Positions 61,701-64,000 of a DNA stretch of 64,000 nt are shown here, piece after piece (position 1 is the first letter of the stretch; each line of letters starts with the position of its first letter). The DNA is from Antedon mediterranea (taxonomy: Eukaryota; Animalia; Echinodermata). The position numbers and the translations under genes were made by a program. The stretch covers positions 16,030,912 through 16,094,911 of the forward strand of contig NC_092675.1 in NCBI RefSeq assembly GCF_964355755.1. Reading direction: 5' to 3'. Below the pieces are notes generated by a model, which had not been told where the DNA came from, ran no database searches, and was given only the letters and a program-made list of their open reading frames with translations.

Positions 61701-63824
61701 TTATGGCGGCTGCTGTATGATGAGCGTGTGCGGCAATATCGTTAATTGTTCTGAATCATGTATATCCCTAAAACGTTGTTAAATTATGGTTCTCGGTAAA
61801 TTTGTCCTTTAAGACAATGTATATTATTCATTTGAGAACAATATTCAACAAATACACAATTTTGTGAATTGTTTACAACATACCCCCATGTTGGAACCCT
61901 GAATTTTCTGCTCTGCAATCTTAAGGTTTGCTCGGTGGCCTTCGTTTGTTGGGTCTAATTCCAATGCCTTTGAAAAAGACTCCTTTGCTTTGTGGTGGTT
62001 ATTCATACAACTGTAAGCTAATCTACAAAAAATAAAAATATATATTGTTGTAGACTTAAAAGAAAAAAGAATTACATAATAGTTCTAATAGTTTACAGCC
62101 AAATAATTATGTAATAGATTGTAAAAAATAGATCTTTGATAAGGTAAAATAAAACAGTATAACAATCTCTAATGGCTACGGTGGATGGAATATCAAGAGT
62201 GTCTAGTCTCCCCTCATATGACTGTCCTTGATAACGTTGATGCAAGATCAACCGGGTAGCCTGTCTCTGGATTTGAAATTTGCGATATAAAGGGTCCCAC
62301 ACCTCGCAACAGTACTTTATATTTGGGAGGACTAGACACTGGTATAATTTTATAAGAACGGGTGTAGAACAACCGCTAGCAATTGCTCTAACAAGACAAT
62401 ATGGCCCAGGATTGAACCCCGGGAGACACCTGACTTAACTAAACACCAATCAGATTGGACACCATTGAAAATACTCTTTGCTTACGACCAGATAAGGGAA
62501 AGAGTGAATCGCCTACACCATACGTTTTTGAAAGCTTTTTTTGAGTTAGAATTGAATGCCCTACTGTAATCAAGAGCCACGATATCAATCCGTGGTGCCC
62601 CATTATCTAAAGCCTTAACCCAGGATATTGTAGCCTCAGCCAAGACTGAGGAACAAGATTTTCCTGGAGTAAAACCATATTGGCCATCAAACATTAGTTC
62701 AAATTTGTTCAGGTGAAGACAGAGTTTGTCAGTGACAATACTCTCGAGCACCTTTGAGAATGAAGATGTCAGTGCAATCGGTCTATAGTTGCATAGATTC
62801 GTCTTGCTAAGCTTCTTATGGACTGGTGCGATGTTTGCACATTTTCATGCAGAAGGAAGATCACCTGTGAAAATTTGCTTACCCTAATCTTCCAAACGCT
62901 TTACTATATGTTGGATCTAAGGTAATTGCTTTGTTTCCATCATCTACAGCTTGTTGATGTTTGTTTAACTTGTGGTAGGCAGCTGCTCTATTACAATAAT
63001 AAACTGCATTGTTTATATCAATATCAAGTGCTTTGCTGTAGCAGGTCACTGCATCTTCATACTGTTCCTTCTTCATAAATTCATTTCCTAAATAAGAAAA
63101 TGAATGAATGATTATTTGTTTGTTAAAATTTCCCGAATCACCATAGATAACAAATACATTCCATGCAGAGAACAATGCAACAGTAAGTTGTGGCCCTCAT
63201 GTTTGAAGTAATTCTGTGAATTTATCTACTTCGTATAATGTACTGTAGAGGGTGCAATGTAATTGTTTTTTAAATCATGTGTAATACTGTACCATGAAGG
63301 TGTGCACAAACAGGTATGTTAAACAAGATTGTAACAAGCAACACGTAATGGTTTAAATGACAATAAAGCACAGAAAATCAAAGGGAAGGGTATATTTGCT
63401 ATATTTTGAATTTGCGTCAAAACTAGTTAGTTATTTAAACAAATATAAGATAAGATAAGATAAGATAAATCTTTATTGTCATGAACACAACAAGGCAAAC
63501 ATGAAATTGGTTTTCCTTGATGCTTAAAAACACATACAATATATATTAAACATTAAAAATATCTGTCTAAAAAGAACACTAGTTTAGTACACTGTAGTAC
63601 AAACATTATAATATGTCATAATAATATATCATAAATGAAAAAAACATAGAATGAGAATATACTGAAGTATTTATCTATAAAAATATTTATTGATTTCATG
63701 TTCACAGTCTATCCCATAAGCCATTTTTCATACCTTCACTTTTAAGTTGTTCAGCTTTTATTTTATCTTCATCTGAAACTACAAGTGGTACATCAGTAGG
63801 TTGTGTTGCTTCTCCAGCTGCTGA
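58791..63824 (-). CDS. SGT: Small glutamine-rich TPR co-chaperone (SGTA/SGTB co-ortholog), 5'-truncated by the window; exons 63824-63734, 63087-62883, 62022-61884, 61358-61272, 60890-60853, 60275-60114, 59746-59619, 58798-58791
   Basis: TPR repeats [13 protein letters not shown]...[12 protein letters not shown]...[15 protein letters not shown]...KALELDP; [23 protein letters not shown]; C-terminal [20 protein letters not shown]. Confidence 0.93.
58857..59113. mobile_element. MITE with ~34-bp TIR
   Basis: TTCCTGAATGTCTCAGGCAGAAATCATGAATAAT versus ATTATTCATGATTTCTGCCTGAGACGTCAAGGAA. Confidence 0.65.
59175..59510. mobile_element. Harbinger-like MITE
   Basis: TIR AAGCCGATTTTCCACTAG / CTAGTGGAAAATCGGCTT with TAA/TTA flanks. 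Confidence 0.7.
62150..62870 (-). mobile_element. LINE (CR1/L2-like) reverse-transcriptase fragment in an SGT intron
   Basis: [19 protein letters not shown]...[10 protein letters not shown]...[11 protein letters not shown] and VWDP....IQRQATRLI motifs; internally deleted and frameshifted. Confidence 0.85.
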
Positions 63825-64000
63825 CTATAACATAAACATTACATGCAAGTCATAATGCAAGTTGGGCTCACTATAACTGAACTTAATAGATACTGTAAAC
63901 AGTGGCGTAACGTAGGGACCTGAGGCCCCTGGTTTAGGAACCCCAAGTGGCTTTCCAACGCTGAGGCCTCAAGAGTTTTTAACCTTTTCTGGCATATCTA

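Overview
AT-rich, intron-containing animal genomic DNA; a marine invertebrate such as an echinoderm is likely, but that is inference. It is not prokaryotic and has no CRISPR array. Five multi-exon genes were reconstructed by hand from splice sites and reading frame: CYB5RL (-), an unidentified gene with an N-myristoylation motif and a ubiquitin-like C-terminus whose third exon carries two in-frame TGA codons (+), TRIM23/ARD1 (-), TRAPPC13 (+) and the 3' part of SGT (-). TRIM23, TRAPPC13 and SGT have the same order and orientation as human TRIM23-TRAPPC13-SGTB. Introns and intergenic DNA are dense with non-autonomous transposons (Merlin-, foldback-, Helitron-, Kolobok- and Harbinger-like), SINEs, LINE fragments and minisatellites. 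The main leads are: (1) two candidate frame-preserving mini/micro-exons and a U12-type donor in TRAPPC13; (2) a Merlin-like element with ~810-bp arms whose only indel is TA->TAGCCTA, suggesting the abundant TAG(G)CCTA motifs are transposon excision footprints; (3) a composite of a tRNA-like cloverleaf (anticodon ATC), a 225-bp hairpin and a minimal hammerhead ribozyme motif. All coordinates were read by eye; no searches were run.
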